From the NCBI GenBank assembly GCA_965248195.1, contig CBDFIQ010000001.1, forward strand, positions 1,344,001 to 1,408,000: a DNA stretch of 64,000 nucleotides, read 5' to 3'. Source of the DNA: Longimicrobiales bacterium. Its GTDB lineage: Bacteria > Gemmatimonadota > Gemmatimonadetes > Longimicrobiales > Gaopeijiaceae. Positions 10,639-20,159 of the stretch are shown piece by piece; the first letter of the stretch is position 1; each line of letters starts with the position of its first letter. The notes below the pieces were generated by a model. That model searched no databases. It saw only the letters and a list, made by a program, of their open reading frames with translations, and was not told the DNA's origin. Made by a program: the position numbers and the translations under genes.

Positions 10639-10671
10639 GATCCGAACCAGGAGAATCCTCTATACGTCAGA

Positions 10672-10848
10672 TTACGTAGCAACCACCCACCGCACAGTCT
10701 CACTCCAGAACGGCATCGGCAACTCCCGAGGCTCATCCGTCTCGACTTCGAATTCCTCATTCTCAGCCATCATCTTGAGGAACCATGCGTGCGCCTCACG
10801 GGCTGTGTGGTACCCCTGCCACACCAAGTCCGCTTCGGGCTGGGTCAG
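10672..10848 (-). pseudogene. Orphan C-terminal gene fragment containing the second copy of the 7674 repeat (10682..10741)
   Basis: Open frame ...LTQPEADLVWQGYHTAREAHAWFLKMM...EPRELPMPFWSETVRWVVAT*, abutting the YceI stop. Confidence 0.55.
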
Positions 10849-11411
10849 TCCTCGTCCGCGACGGCTTCCGCGTCGATCGTGATGTACACGGTGTCGCCGA
10901 CGACGACACCCCCCCGGTCGATCTTGTCGTTCCAGGACACTCCGAAGTCATGGCGATTGATCTCTGTCTCGGCCAGGAATCCGGCCCGCAGCTTCGGGCC
11001 CTTGTTCACCCATTCGCCGTCCACTTCCTCCCACCATGGCGTCGGCCAACTCCCCAGGTAGCTGACTCGGAGTGGCACTTCATGGGTCACGCCTCGGATC
11101 GTGAGATCACCTCTGACCAAAAAGTCATGGTCTCCGATGATCTCCACACGATCCCCCTCGAACGTGATTTTCGGATGTGACTCGACGTCGAGGAAGTCCG
11201 GAGCACTCAGGTGCACGTCCCGCTCCTGGTCTCCCGTCCAGATGCCCGTCGCATCGATGACCGTCTTCACCGACGACCGCTTCGGGTCGGCCGGGTCGAA
11301 GTCTAGCGTCCCGTGCACGTTCTTGAAGGAGCCTCGCACCCATGTGACCATCATGTGCCGCGTGCGGAACGCTGCTGCTGTGTGACCCGGTTCGAATGTC
11401 CACTTCGTCAT
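10845..11411 (-). CDS. YceI family protein
   Basis: WTFEPGHT, RHMMVTWVRGSF, RDVHL...DFLDVESHPKITF, GDLTIRGVT, INRHDFG. Confidence 0.93.
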   Translation of the reverse strand: MTKWTFEPGHTAAAFRTRHMMVTWVRGSFKNVHGTLDFDPADPKRSSVKTVIDATGIWTGDQERDVHLSAPDFLDVESHPKITFEGDRVEIIGDHDFLVRGDLTIRGVTHEVPLRVSYLGSWPTPWWEEVDGEWVNKGPKLRAGFLAETEINRHDFGVSWNDKIDRGGVVVGDTVYITIDAEAVADED

Positions 11412-11548
11412 TGCATACTCCTTTAGGTGGTTGCGCAGCACCAAGGCTGCGACCGCTGGATACGATCGGCAGTCGAGCAGGTCGCAGACTCCCCACGAGC
11501 ATTCCTATGCTACCCTCGATAAAACGCTGATGCGCGGGCGGTCCCCGC

Positions 11549-12694
11549 TCAGGAGATCTGGACCATCGTTTTGCCAAAGTTCTCGCCGCGCAGCATGCCG
11601 ATAAAGGCGTCCACGGAGCTGTCCAGCCCGTGGGTGACGCTCTCACGATACTTGAGCTTGCCCTCTTTGATCCAGCCCGACATGGTTCGCAACGCCTCGC
11701 CGGCGTCCGGTTGCCGAGCAGCAAGCTCGAAAAAATGGAAGAATCGGAACCCCTCGGTGGAGCCCTCCTCGCCGAGGTCCTTCAGCCCCGCCTCGCGCAG
11801 CCGCTGAAGCGGTGTTGCCTGTTGTTTTTCCCACGGTGCGTTGTTCCTGGCGAGGTTGTATTGGCTCACCCAGCCTGCTACCGGCACGCGGCAACCCGGG
11901 TTCAGCAGCGGGATCACCGCCTCGAGCACTTCGCCGCCAACATTCTCGAAGTAGACGTCGATGCCATCGGGCACGGCAGCCGCCAGCGCGGTGGGAAGGT
12001 CGCCGGCCTTGTAGTCGATGCAAGCGTCGAAGCCGAGCTCGTCGACGACGTAAGCGCACTTCCGAGGCCCGCCGGCGATGCCGACCGCCCGGCAGCCGTG
12101 GATTTTCGCCAACTGCCCGACGACCTGTCCGACCGCACCGCTGGCCGCGCTCACGACCACTGTCTCCCCCGCCTTGATGGTGGCCACGTTGAGCAGGCCG
12201 ACATACGCGGCGTAGCCGGTCATCCCCAGGATGCCGAGCCCCGTAGACGGTGGGCCGAGAGAGCCGTCCCACTTCTCGATGGGCATCGCCTCGTTGCCCC
12301 ACTGCAAATCTTCAGGTGTGCCGACACTGTATTCTTGCCATCCGTAGTAACCCACGACGAGGTCGCCCTCACTCCACCCGTTTGCTCGGCTCTCCACCAC
12401 TTCCGACACGGTGCCACCCACGATGGTGGAGCCTACGCTCCGCTCGTTGTTCATGGCGCCGGAAGCGTCGAGGCCGCGCATGTACGGGTCCAGCGTGAGC
12501 CACTTGGTGTGGAGCAGCATCTGACCCTCGGCGATGGGCGGAACCTCCGCCGTCACCACCTCGAAATCGGAGGGCTTGGGCTCGCCCTCCGGAGTCCTCT
12601 TCAGCACGATCCTGCGATTGACGACCCCGCCGCCTCGGGCACGGTCTTCAACTGGCTCGATCGCGAGTTCTTGTCGCGTCCTGAGTCTGTTCAC
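11549..12694 (-). CDS. NADP-dependent oxidoreductase (MDR, prostaglandin reductase/CurA-like)
   Basis: LDPYMRG, VSAASGAVG, DVYFENVGG, GENFGK; GTG start after GGGAGG. Confidence 0.92.
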   Translation of the reverse strand: MNRLRTRQELAIEPVEDRARGGGVVNRRIVLKRTPEGEPKPSDFEVVTAEVPPIAEGQMLLHTKWLTLDPYMRGLDASGAMNNERSVGSTIVGGTVSEVVESRANGWSEGDLVVGYYGWQEYSVGTPEDLQWGNEAMPIEKWDGSLGPPSTGLGILGMTGYAAYVGLLNVATIKAGETVVVSAASGAVGQVVGQLAKIHGCRAVGIAGGPRKCAYVVDELGFDACIDYKAGDLPTALAAAVPDGIDVYFENVGGEVLEAVIPLLNPGCRVPVAGWVSQYNLARNNAPWEKQQATPLQRLREAGLKDLGEEGSTEGFRFFHFFELAARQPDAGEALRTMSGWIKEGKLKYRESVTHGLDSSVDAFIGMLRGENFGKTMVQIS

Positions 12695-12708
12695 GGTGTT
12701 TGCCTCCC

Positions 12709-13083
12709 TCAGGCGTGCAGATGGAAGACCTTGTTCATGATCTTCCACTCCCCGTCGACTTTTAGCAGCGTGAACAGGTCGGTGTACCGGGAACCAGTCC
12801 AGTTGTCGAGCTCAAGCCGCACGGTGGCGACCGTGCCATTGACGTCGATGCCGGCGATCCGCGCCTGGAGCTCCGTCGCGGGACCGTTCTCGTCGTTCCA
12901 GGCAAAGAGCTGCTGGATGGGGCCGGCGAACAGGTCGGAACCGACATAACCGAAGATGGTCGCGTCCTCGTGGAAGGCGGGTTTCATGTCGTCGCCTCGG
13001 CCGGATTTGGCGCCATCGATGTAGGGCTGGATGGCCTCTGCGATCGCGCCATGTTCAGTCAGGGTGGTAGTTGCAGTAGTCAT
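12709..13083 (-). CDS. NTF2-like / putative lumazine-binding protein
   Basis: AFHEDA, YTDLFTLLKVDGEWKIMNKVFH; RBS AAGGAG. Confidence 0.88.
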   Translation of the reverse strand: MTTATTTLTEHGAIAEAIQPYIDGAKSGRGDDMKPAFHEDATIFGYVGSDLFAGPIQQLFAWNDENGPATELQARIAGIDVNGTVATVRLELDNWTGSRYTDLFTLLKVDGEWKIMNKVFHLHA

Positions 13084-13144
13084 GGGTTTCACTCCTTATT
13101 TAGTGGTGTAAACATCGTGTGTTGTGCGATAGCGGTTATCGCAT

Positions 13145-13363
13145 CTACCACTGTCGCCCTCGATCGACACGTACCAGGTCGGGCAGAATCGGCGCAGCGT
13201 CGTTCGCCATCCTGCGAAACGTCCGAGCGATGTGGAGATCACCTTGCCGCTCTGCCCGTCCCGCGACGCTGAGGAAGATCTCGATTTTCCTATCGGCCGG
13301 GATGATTGGTGCGTCCAGGCCGCGATGGCCTTGCCTGGTGGTCCCGTCTACGATCGTCGCCAT
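13145..13363 (-). CDS. Small hypothetical protein, first gene after a sigma54 promoter
   Basis: 72 aa ORF with RBS AAGGAG. Confidence 0.55.
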   Translation of the reverse strand: MATIVDGTTRQGHRGLDAPIIPADRKIEIFLSVAGRAERQGDLHIARTFRRMANDAAPILPDLVRVDRGRQW

Positions 13364-13408
13364 TTGCCTGTCTCCTTATCAGCTCTAGGGGCGTTTCCCT
13401 TGTCTATA

Positions 13409-13425
13409 GACAAGACGCATGCCAC
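13409..13425 (-). promoter_or_regulatory. sigma54 promoter of the leftward operon
   Basis: Minus strand GTGGCATGCGTCTTGTC (GG-N10-GT variant). Confidence 0.6.
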
Positions 13426-13522
13426 GTAATCCGAGCGCCTGAAAATGGCCCTAATTTGTTTGACTGCTGTTAGTTAGGAGAGGTCGCGTACGCGAGAGTC
13501 CCTAGCGGTTTTGGGGTCGCTA

Positions 13523-13555
13523 CCTCCGAGATTTCGTATGGGGCACGAAATATTG
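13523..13555. promoter_or_regulatory. Enhancer (UAS) palindrome for the sigma54 activator
   Basis: ATTTCG-N9-CGAAAT (13531..13551), same as 16849..16869. Confidence 0.72.
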
Positions 13556-13786
13556 CGTCCGAGGATGCGGGACGGCGTGCGCGGGCACCCGGCAGTCATT
13601 CCTACGCGGCTATCAGCGTGGTGGATCAGGCGTTGGCGGTCTGGTGTGGTTCCTTACTTGCGTTCCACAGCGTAGTATTGCCAAGTAACCCGGGGGGGAG
13701 GAGCACCCCGATCTCTCCGATTGGGAAGTCACAACGCCTTGCTAGAGAGATGACGTGTACATTGCCGATGACGCAGGTAACGTTTC

Positions 13787-14395
13787 ATGAATGATCGGAT
13801 CAGTTTCGGTTTCGGGAACCTGTACGTGTCCACCAGCGACCACATCGCGCACTTTTATCGTAGCGATGAGGAATGGCTCGAGTTGGCCACCGGTTTCTTC
13901 CGCGCTGGGCTGCAATCGGGGGACAAGTGCGTTTGCGTCCTCAGGCCCGGTAACCGGGAGCGAGAGCTGAAGCAACGTCTATCCGGCGACGGAGCACCAG
14001 TGGACGCCGCGCTGGCCTCCGGCCAGTTCACACTCTTCGAGGGCAGGGACGAACCGCGCCTGATGCAGGACGAGCTGACAACGGCCCTCGCGGATGTTCC
14101 CGGCCGCTATCCGCTGCTGCGCTGGGCGGGCGACATGAGTTGGTCGTTGGAGCAGATGCCCGACTCGGAAAAGCTCATGGAATGGGAATCGCACTGCAAT
14201 ACGGTAGAGAGTCCGCCCGCCGTATTCCTTTGCCAGTACGATCTCAGGGCTTTCCTCGGTAGTGTGGTCATGGACGCCATGAATACGCATCCACTGTGCG
14301 TGATTGGGGACGCCATCCATCAGAATCCGTACTATCAGACGCCGGAGGAATTTCTGGCGGAAATGAACCGCCGCTCTCCGACGGCCCAAGCGTAA
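13787..14395 (+). CDS. MEDS (DcmR-type sensory) domain protein
   Basis: DHIAHFY, GLQSGDKC, RWAGDMSW, LCQYD, HP...QNPYY. Confidence 0.88.
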   Translation: MNDRISFGFGNLYVSTSDHIAHFYRSDEEWLELATGFFRAGLQSGDKCVCVLRPGNRERELKQRLSGDGAPVDAALASGQFTLFEGRDEPRLMQDELTTALADVPGRYPLLRWAGDMSWSLEQMPDSEKLMEWESHCNTVESPPAVFLCQYDLRAFLGSVVMDAMNTHPLCVIGDAIHQNPYYQTPEEFLAEMNRRSPTAQA

Positions 14396-14410
14396 CACAC
14401 GTCTCGTCCC

Positions 14411-16699
14411 ATGACCCTCGACCCAATACCAGGCCCCACCGCCGCGCTGGACTTAAAGGACCCGGTATTACGATTCCTGACCGTCATCTCCGAGGTGGGG
14501 GGGGACGCCGAGCGGGCGCGCCTCACGGCGACAGCGATTCCTGCGGCGATCCCGTGTACGCTATGTGGAGTGGCGCTACTGAACGAGGCCGTGGGATCAT
14601 GGAGCCTTGCGCTGGTTCGTGACGGGGCCCTCGTTGACAACACCCTTTCAGTTTTGACGCCAGTGTTCGACTCGGCGTTCGACGCTCCGGCTGTGGTGGT
14701 CAGTGGTAAAGACGGCGACACCCCCGAACCCACCGCCTCGGACGCGATGGCGCAACTGGGCGTGCGCGGACTCGCCGTGGCACCACTCAGGACGCTCCGC
14801 CACCGGGTGGGAGCGATGTTCGTCGCCCGGCAGGGTGACGCATTTTCCGAGGACGATGGCGTTCGTCTGATGTCGTTGGCTGAGTGTGCCTCCATCGGGT
14901 TGGAGAACGCGCACCTCAGTGAGGAGCTCAAGCGCACGGCCGATCAATACAGTGCTCTCTATCACAACACCCCCGTCATGATGCACTCCGTCGACGACGA
15001 CGGAAAACTGATTCGCGTGAACGACTACTGGCTGAGCGTGTTGGGGTACGAACGGCAAGACGTACTGGGGAAGAGCTCGGCTGATTTTCTTACCGAGGCC
15101 TCGCGGAGAACCCTGGTGGAGGTCGTGTTTCCCCAGTTGCGGAAGTCCGGCCAGGTGCGTGACGTCGAGATTCAAATGGTTAAGCGCGACGGTACCATCC
15201 TCGACATCCTGGGCTCGGCGGTGGCACAGTTTGGCGACCATGAGCGAATCGAACAAACGCTGGCTTTCTTTGTGGACGTCACCGAGCGCAAACGCGTCGA
15301 AGCCGCCCTACGGGAAAGCGAAGAACGCTTTGCCGGCCTCTTCCGGTCAGCGATGGACGCCATTGTCATTGTCGACCTTGCCGGCCGGATTATGCAGTTC
15401 AATGATGCCGCCGAGACCGTATTTCGCTGCGCGGCTAGTGAAGCGACGGGGGAGCGCTTTCCCCAGCGCTTCGCAGCCGACGAGTTTCGGCGGATTCTCG
15501 AGGACTGTTTGCGTGAGCGCAAGGGAGATGAAATCACACGCCGATATCTGGTCGCCGCCGGCGGTCTGACGGCCCTGCGCTCTGACGGCGAAGCTTTTGC
15601 TGCTGAGGCGACTATCTCTCAGGTCGATATTCCGGGCGACCCGCTATTTGCCATCATTCTGCGGGACGTCGACGATCGGAAACGCGTCGAAACCGAAATC
15701 CGTCAACTGCGCCAACAATCAGATTATCTCAAAGAAGAGATCAAGACGCATCACAACTTCGAGGAGATCGTCGGCGACAGCCCTGCGCTCCGGAGGGTGC
15801 TCCGATCCGTGGAAACCGTTGCACCAACTTCGGCCACGGTGCTCATTCTCGGTGACACAGGAACCGGCAAGGAGCTCGTCGCACGGGCTATCCACGATCT
15901 CAGTCCGCTTCGCGACAAACCGCTCGTGAAAGTGAATTGTGCCGCGCTGCCTGCCGGTCTCGCAGAGAGCGAACTCTTCGGACACGAAAGAGGTGCCTTC
16001 ACAGGCGCCGTCGCACGAAAGATCGGGCGTTTCGAACTGGCGGACCGAGGGACCATCTTCCTGGACGAGATCGGTGACCTCCCGTTGGATATGCAGGTCA
16101 AGCTGCTCCGAGTGCTTCAGGAGGGTGAGTTCGAGCGGATCGGCGGCACGCGCACGATGACGGTCAACGTCAGAGTCATCGCCGCTACGAACCGGGATCT
16201 CAAGCAGGCTGTGACAGACGAGCGCTTTCGTTCCGACCTCTACTACAGACTCAATGTTTTTCCCGTCACGATGCCCTCGCTTCGGGATCGGAAAGAGGAT
16301 ATCCCGGTGCTCGTGAGTTACTTCGTCGACAAGTACGCGAGAAGGCTCGGCAAGCGCATAGATACCATAGCTGATGGTGTCTTGACGGCTCTGCTCGCAT
16401 ATGAGTGGCCGGGTAACATTCGGGAGCTGGAAAACGTGATCGAGCGGGCCGTTATTCTGACGCCGGGTGCCGCCCTGGAATTTGGCGGCTGGCTGATGGA
16501 AACCGGAGCCGCTCCCAATAATGAAACCGGGATGCTGACCCTCGATGAAGCGCAGCGACAGCACATCATCAAGACCCTCGACTTGACGCGTTGGCGAGTC
16601 GGTGGCGAAAGGGGCGCCGCCAAGCTCCTGGACATCAAAGCGACTACGCTTGCATCCCGAATGAAGAAGCTCGGCATAGAACGCCCGGATTCCCGCTAA
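14411..16699 (+). CDS. sigma54-dependent enhancer-binding protein, GAF-PAS-PAS-AAA+-HTH (FhlA-like)
   Basis: [45 protein letters not shown]...[10 protein letters not shown]. Confidence 0.95.
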   Translation: MTLDPIPGPTAALDLKDPVLRFLTVISEVGGDAERARLTATAIPAAIPCTLCGVALLNEAVGSWSLALVRDGALVDNTLSVLTPVFDSAFDAPAVVVSGKDGDTPEPTASDAMAQLGVRGLAVAPLRTLRHRVGAMFVARQGDAFSEDDGVRLMSLAECASIGLENAHLSEELKRTADQYSALYHNTPVMMHSVDDDGKLIRVNDYWLSVLGYERQDVLGKSSADFLTEASRRTLVEVVFPQLRKSGQVRDVEIQMVKRDGTILDILGSAVAQFGDHERIEQTLAFFVDVTERKRVEAALRESEERFAGLFRSAMDAIVIVDLAGRIMQFNDAAETVFRCAASEATGERFPQRFAADEFRRILEDCLRERKGDEITRRYLVAAGGLTALRSDGEAFAAEATISQVDIPGDPLFAIILRDVDDRKRVETEIRQLRQQSDYLKEEIKTHHNFEEIVGDSPALRRVLRSVETVAPTSATVLILGDTGTGKELVARAIHDLSPLRDKPLVKVNCAALPAGLAESELFGHERGAFTGAVARKIGRFELADRGTIFLDEIGDLPLDMQVKLLRVLQEGEFERIGGTRTMTVNVRVIAATNRDLKQAVTDERFRSDLYYRLNVFPVTMPSLRDRKEDIPVLVSYFVDKYARRLGKRIDTIADGVLTALLAYEWPGNIRELENVIERAVILTPGAALEFGGWLMETGAAPNNETGMLTLDEAQRQHIIKTLDLTRWRVGGERGAAKLLDIKATTLASRMKKLGIERPDSR

Positions 16700-16840
16700 T
16701 CCGGCGCCGCATCCCCGAACCACCGCCGCCGCGCCACCGCCGCCACGTCACCACCGCCGCGCCATCCTCTGCCCCCGGCGTTCGCTGCTGGATTCAATAG
16801 GCTCCATCGCATGATGGGCCGGTCCCTGACCCGGGTCGAG

Positions 16841-16877
16841 CCTCCAACATTTCGAACACGCAACGAAATATTGGAGG
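16841..16877. promoter_or_regulatory. Enhancer (UAS) palindrome
   Basis: CCTCCAACATTTCG-N9-CGAAATATTGGAGG, 13/14 inverted-repeat match. Confidence 0.75.
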
Positions 16878-16973
16878 TTTTTGTGAACCGTGGCCGCTCT
16901 CCTTGGGTCGAGCCTCTCGGCTAATCCCTTACAACACAAAGACTTGGCGGTTTTGAGCGGCCAGGATCTACCG

Positions 16974-16988
16974 CGGCACGCCTTCTGC
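16974..16988 (+). promoter_or_regulatory. sigma54 promoter of the rightward operon
   Basis: CGGCACGCCTTCTGC (GG-N10-GC). Confidence 0.68.
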
Positions 16989-17073
16989 CAATAGGGGACG
17001 TATGTCGAGATCTACCGGCTCGACATCCATGTGGCACCGAGGCACCGGTGAAACCAGTCGTAGGAGTCATGTC

Positions 17074-17370
17074 GTGCTGCGCATTACGAAGGTCGAGAGA
17101 AGAACCGGCTCAGTAACGTTGATCGTCGAGGGTCCGATTACATCTGAGGATGTAGCCCTGCTGGAACTCGACTGCGTTCGCCTACTCCAGGCCGGCCGCC
17201 GGGTGCGATTGGATCTTGCCGACGTGGACTTCATCGACCACACCGGGGTTGCGGCGCTGAGAGAGCTCATGGCCCGCGACGTCGAGATCGAAAGGACCTC
17301 CCTGACCGTGGAGAGATTGTTGACGAGGGTCACCCGCAGCAATCGGCTGCGCTGCTCTGACCAACCCTGA
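17074..17370 (+). CDS. STAS domain protein
   Basis: VLRIT...LIVEG...LDLADVDFIDHTGVAAL; GTG start after AGGAG. Confidence 0.8.
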   Translation: MLRITKVERRTGSVTLIVEGPITSEDVALLELDCVRLLQAGRRVRLDLADVDFIDHTGVAALRELMARDVEIERTSLTVERLLTRVTRSNRLRCSDQP

Positions 17371-17386
17371 ATCAATGGAGATTCCA

Positions 17387-17896
17387 ATGAACAGTTTGAA
17401 CCTTTTCAACCGAGTAGGCACCGCGGCCGGTCGGTGGGGCATCGTGTTTTTGCTCTTGTGGATCGGCACTTTCAAATTTTCGGCATTCGAAGCGGAGGCC
17501 ATCCGACCCCTAGTGGAGAACAGTCCATTCATGGGCTGGCTCTACGCTGTGTTGAGCGAGCGGGCGGTCTCAATCGTCATCGGGAGCAGCGAGATCGTGG
17601 TCGCGTTGGCAATAGCTTCGCGGCGCTGGTACCCGAGGGTGTCATTCTACGGGAGCCTGGCCGCGGCCGGCATCTTCCTCGTCACGCTCAGTTTCTTCGT
17701 GACGACGCCTGGCACGCTGGCGACGGTTCCGGGCTACCCGCTTCCTGTGCCCGTGGGACCCGGATTCTTCCTGATCAAGGATCTCATCTTGTTCGGGGCC
17801 GCTTTGACGATGGCGGCAGAGGCGGGCAAGACGGCTGCCGTCGTTACGTCGCAGCCCTCGATCGGCGCCGGGTCACCGGTCGCGAAGGCCGCGTGA
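17387..17896 (+). CDS. DUF417 family inner-membrane protein (YkgB/RclC-like)
   Basis: WIGTFKF..FEAEAIRPLVENSPFMGWLY, TLSFFVTTPG, FLIKDL. Confidence 0.88.
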   Translation: MNSLNLFNRVGTAAGRWGIVFLLLWIGTFKFSAFEAEAIRPLVENSPFMGWLYAVLSERAVSIVIGSSEIVVALAIASRRWYPRVSFYGSLAAAGIFLVTLSFFVTTPGTLATVPGYPLPVPVGPGFFLIKDLILFGAALTMAAEAGKTAAVVTSQPSIGAGSPVAKAA

Positions 17897-17967
17897 GTGA
17901 CTCGCAACGAGCGCTCACCGGTGCAGAAAGTACACACACCAACATCCTCAAAGGAGATATACACATC

Positions 17968-18501
17968 ATGAAGACGATAATTTTCCTCGCACTCGCCGGG
18001 GCAGTTCTGACCACCATGCTGGACAACGACGATGCTGTTGGCTACGCGCTGAACGATCTAGAAATGGCTCACGTCACGGTGATCGCAAGCAACATCGACA
18101 TCGGGTACGCACACCTTGCGTTGGCCCTCTCCGAGAGCCCGGACATCCGGGAGTTTGCCGAGACGATGATTCGGGATCATTCCGCCGTCAACGAGCAGGT
18201 GTTCGCGCTCGCCGACAAACTGGGTATTACGGCTCAGGACAACGAGATGAGTCGCCTCCTTCTGGCACAAGCAGAGGAGATCAAGGATGAGTTGAGCCAG
18301 TTGCGTGGCGGCGCATTCGACAGCCGCTACGCCGCGAACGAAGCAGCCTACCACCAGATGGTAAACGGTGTCGTGCAGAACGATTTCATCCCCAATGTGG
18401 TGAACCCTGAAGTGCAGGCTGCGTTCAAGGGTGCCCTTTCGATCTTCCTGGTTCACCAGGAACACGCGGAAGAGCTCGAACGTCAGTTCGGGCCGATGTA
18501 A
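17968..18501 (+). CDS. DUF4142 domain protein (secreted, ferritin-like)
   Basis: REFAETMIRDH, FDSRYAANEAAYH, HQEHA; RBS AAGGAG. Confidence 0.85.
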   Translation: MKTIIFLALAGAVLTTMLDNDDAVGYALNDLEMAHVTVIASNIDIGYAHLALALSESPDIREFAETMIRDHSAVNEQVFALADKLGITAQDNEMSRLLLAQAEEIKDELSQLRGGAFDSRYAANEAAYHQMVNGVVQNDFIPNVVNPEVQAAFKGALSIFLVHQEHAEELERQFGPM

Positions 18502-18864
18502 ATGAGACGAAGCGCAAGGACGTTGTTAGTCGCATGCACGATGCTCCTAACGGTCTTTGGTTTGACGGGAGTCGCCCTCGCCCAGGCGGGCGGGGCGACC
18601 CCGGCAAACGCGACCCATGTGATCGACATCCGGCAGCTGCGATTTCAACCCGCCGTATTGACGGTGGTGCCAGGCGACACGGTGGTGTGGATCAATCGAG
18701 ATATCGTCCCACACGCAGTAAGCGCACTGGACGCCGAGTGGGAGTCGGAAGGCTTGATGACAAATGGATCGTGGCGGCGCGTGGTGACCGGGAAGGGCAG
18801 CGTGGAATACTACTGCACATATCACCCGACGATGCGAGGTACCATCCTCTTGAAGGGAGTGTGA
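18502..18864 (+). CDS. Cupredoxin (amicyanin/plastocyanin-like)
   Basis: GDTVVWINRDIVPH, YYCTYHPTMRG copper ligands. Confidence 0.9.
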   Translation: MRRSARTLLVACTMLLTVFGLTGVALAQAGGATPANATHVIDIRQLRFQPAVLTVVPGDTVVWINRDIVPHAVSALDAEWESEGLMTNGSWRRVVTGKGSVEYYCTYHPTMRGTILLKGV

Positions 18865-18867
18865 TTC

Positions 18868-19518
18868 ATGTTTACAGAAACAAAGACGCGAACGCGGCTG
18901 CTCATCGCGCTTGCGGGACTAGGTTTGGTTACGGCGACGCTACCGTTGTGGCTAGGAGCACGCCCAGCATCTCAAATGACTGAGATCGAGCGAGCCCAGT
19001 TCACCAGCGAGGGTGAAGCCGTTCAACCTGATGATTGGCGGTCCTGGACGTTCATCGGAGCGCCGCTAACCCCGAATGCACTCAACGGCGGCGAAGCACC
19101 TTTCCCGGAATTTCACAACGTATACATCGAGCCAACGGCGTTGGAGGCCTACCAGATGACTGGACAGTTTCCTGAGGGCACTCAGCTCGCAAAGGAACTC
19201 GTCTCAGTGATCTCCGATGCCGCTCATGAGGACGGATCGACAGTGCAGGTGAGCGGTCGAGGCTATTTCCAAGGCGAATTTCAGGGCCTAGAGCTCGCTG
19301 TCAAAGAGTCGAGTCGTTTTCCGGATGAGCCCGGGGGCTGGGCATATTTCAGCTTCGGCCACCACCCGGAGCCATATGCAGAATCGGCCACTGCCTTTCC
19401 GACAGCCACTTGTAATGGGTGCCACCAGGCGAACGCCGCGCAGGATTGGGTATTCGCGCAGTTTTACCCCCTGCTGCGAGGGATCGAGTTCGGTACAAGA
19501 GCGATAGTTACCCATTAA
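18868..19518 (+). CDS. Cytochrome P460 family protein
   Basis: TPNALNGGEAPF, NVYIEP, FPEGT..AKEL, GWAYF, C-terminal CNGCH. Confidence 0.88.
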   Translation: MFTETKTRTRLLIALAGLGLVTATLPLWLGARPASQMTEIERAQFTSEGEAVQPDDWRSWTFIGAPLTPNALNGGEAPFPEFHNVYIEPTALEAYQMTGQFPEGTQLAKELVSVISDAAHEDGSTVQVSGRGYFQGEFQGLELAVKESSRFPDEPGGWAYFSFGHHPEPYAESATAFPTATCNGCHQANAAQDWVFAQFYPLLRGIEFGTRAIVTH

Positions 19519-19531
19519 ACGACAGACTGGT

Positions 19532-19591
19532 GAGGTCCCGAATTAGGTCTCCGGAGTGAATGATTCCGTGGGGACATTGGTTCGGGGCCTC
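19532..19591. other. 60-nt hairpin upstream of a 42-codon ORF (19615..19743)
   Basis: GAGGTCCCGAA...TTCGGGGCCTC outer stem with inner GTCTCC/GGGGAC and GGAGT/ATTCC stems. Confidence 0.5.
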
Positions 19592-19917
19592 CTTGCAACA
19601 TACAGGAGGTGGTCATGTCTTCATCCACACCGGTCGCGACGACCGAGTCGATGTTTCAACCCGCTAAAGTGGGACGCAATAAGACGACTTCGCGTGCCTT
19701 CAGGGCCAGGCGCTTAACCGAGTTCTCGAGCCCTGGTACCTAGGGACGGCGAAGATGAACTCCGAAGTGCTGGTGGAGACTCTAGAATGGATCATGGATG
19801 GCATGCTGACACCGATTCGCCAGGAAAGGTTATTCAAGACGGACGCGTAGGGCCTGCCCTGGACTCCACCGATAGCAGGGGTGAGTCCCTCGAAATCCAC
19901 CGTGTTCCGACCGTATC

Positions 19918-19970
19918 CCGACTACAGTCCGACTGCAGTCCCACCGTAACCCCACCATTAACCCCACCGT
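19918..19970. repeat. Short phased direct repeats
   Basis: CCGACTRCAGT x2 (11 bp period) and TAACCCCACC x2 (19947, 19959). Confidence 0.7.
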
Positions 19971-20159
19971 ACCCGGACCGTAGCGGTACCAACTACCGAC
20001 CTCACGCTTATCAGGCGCCTGAGTAGGGGTCGGAATCACGGCAGGATGCCGGAAAACCTAGATGGATCGCGCGATTTGCCGCCTTCGTGATTCTTCGATG
20101 CCGTGATCTGCCGGGTTCGATCGACAGGACAACCGACAGGACCGACACGCCGGTGATCC

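Noticed and set aside
16721..16764. CACCGCCGC low-complexity tract
   Set aside because: Imperfect GC-rich microsatellite with no supportable function
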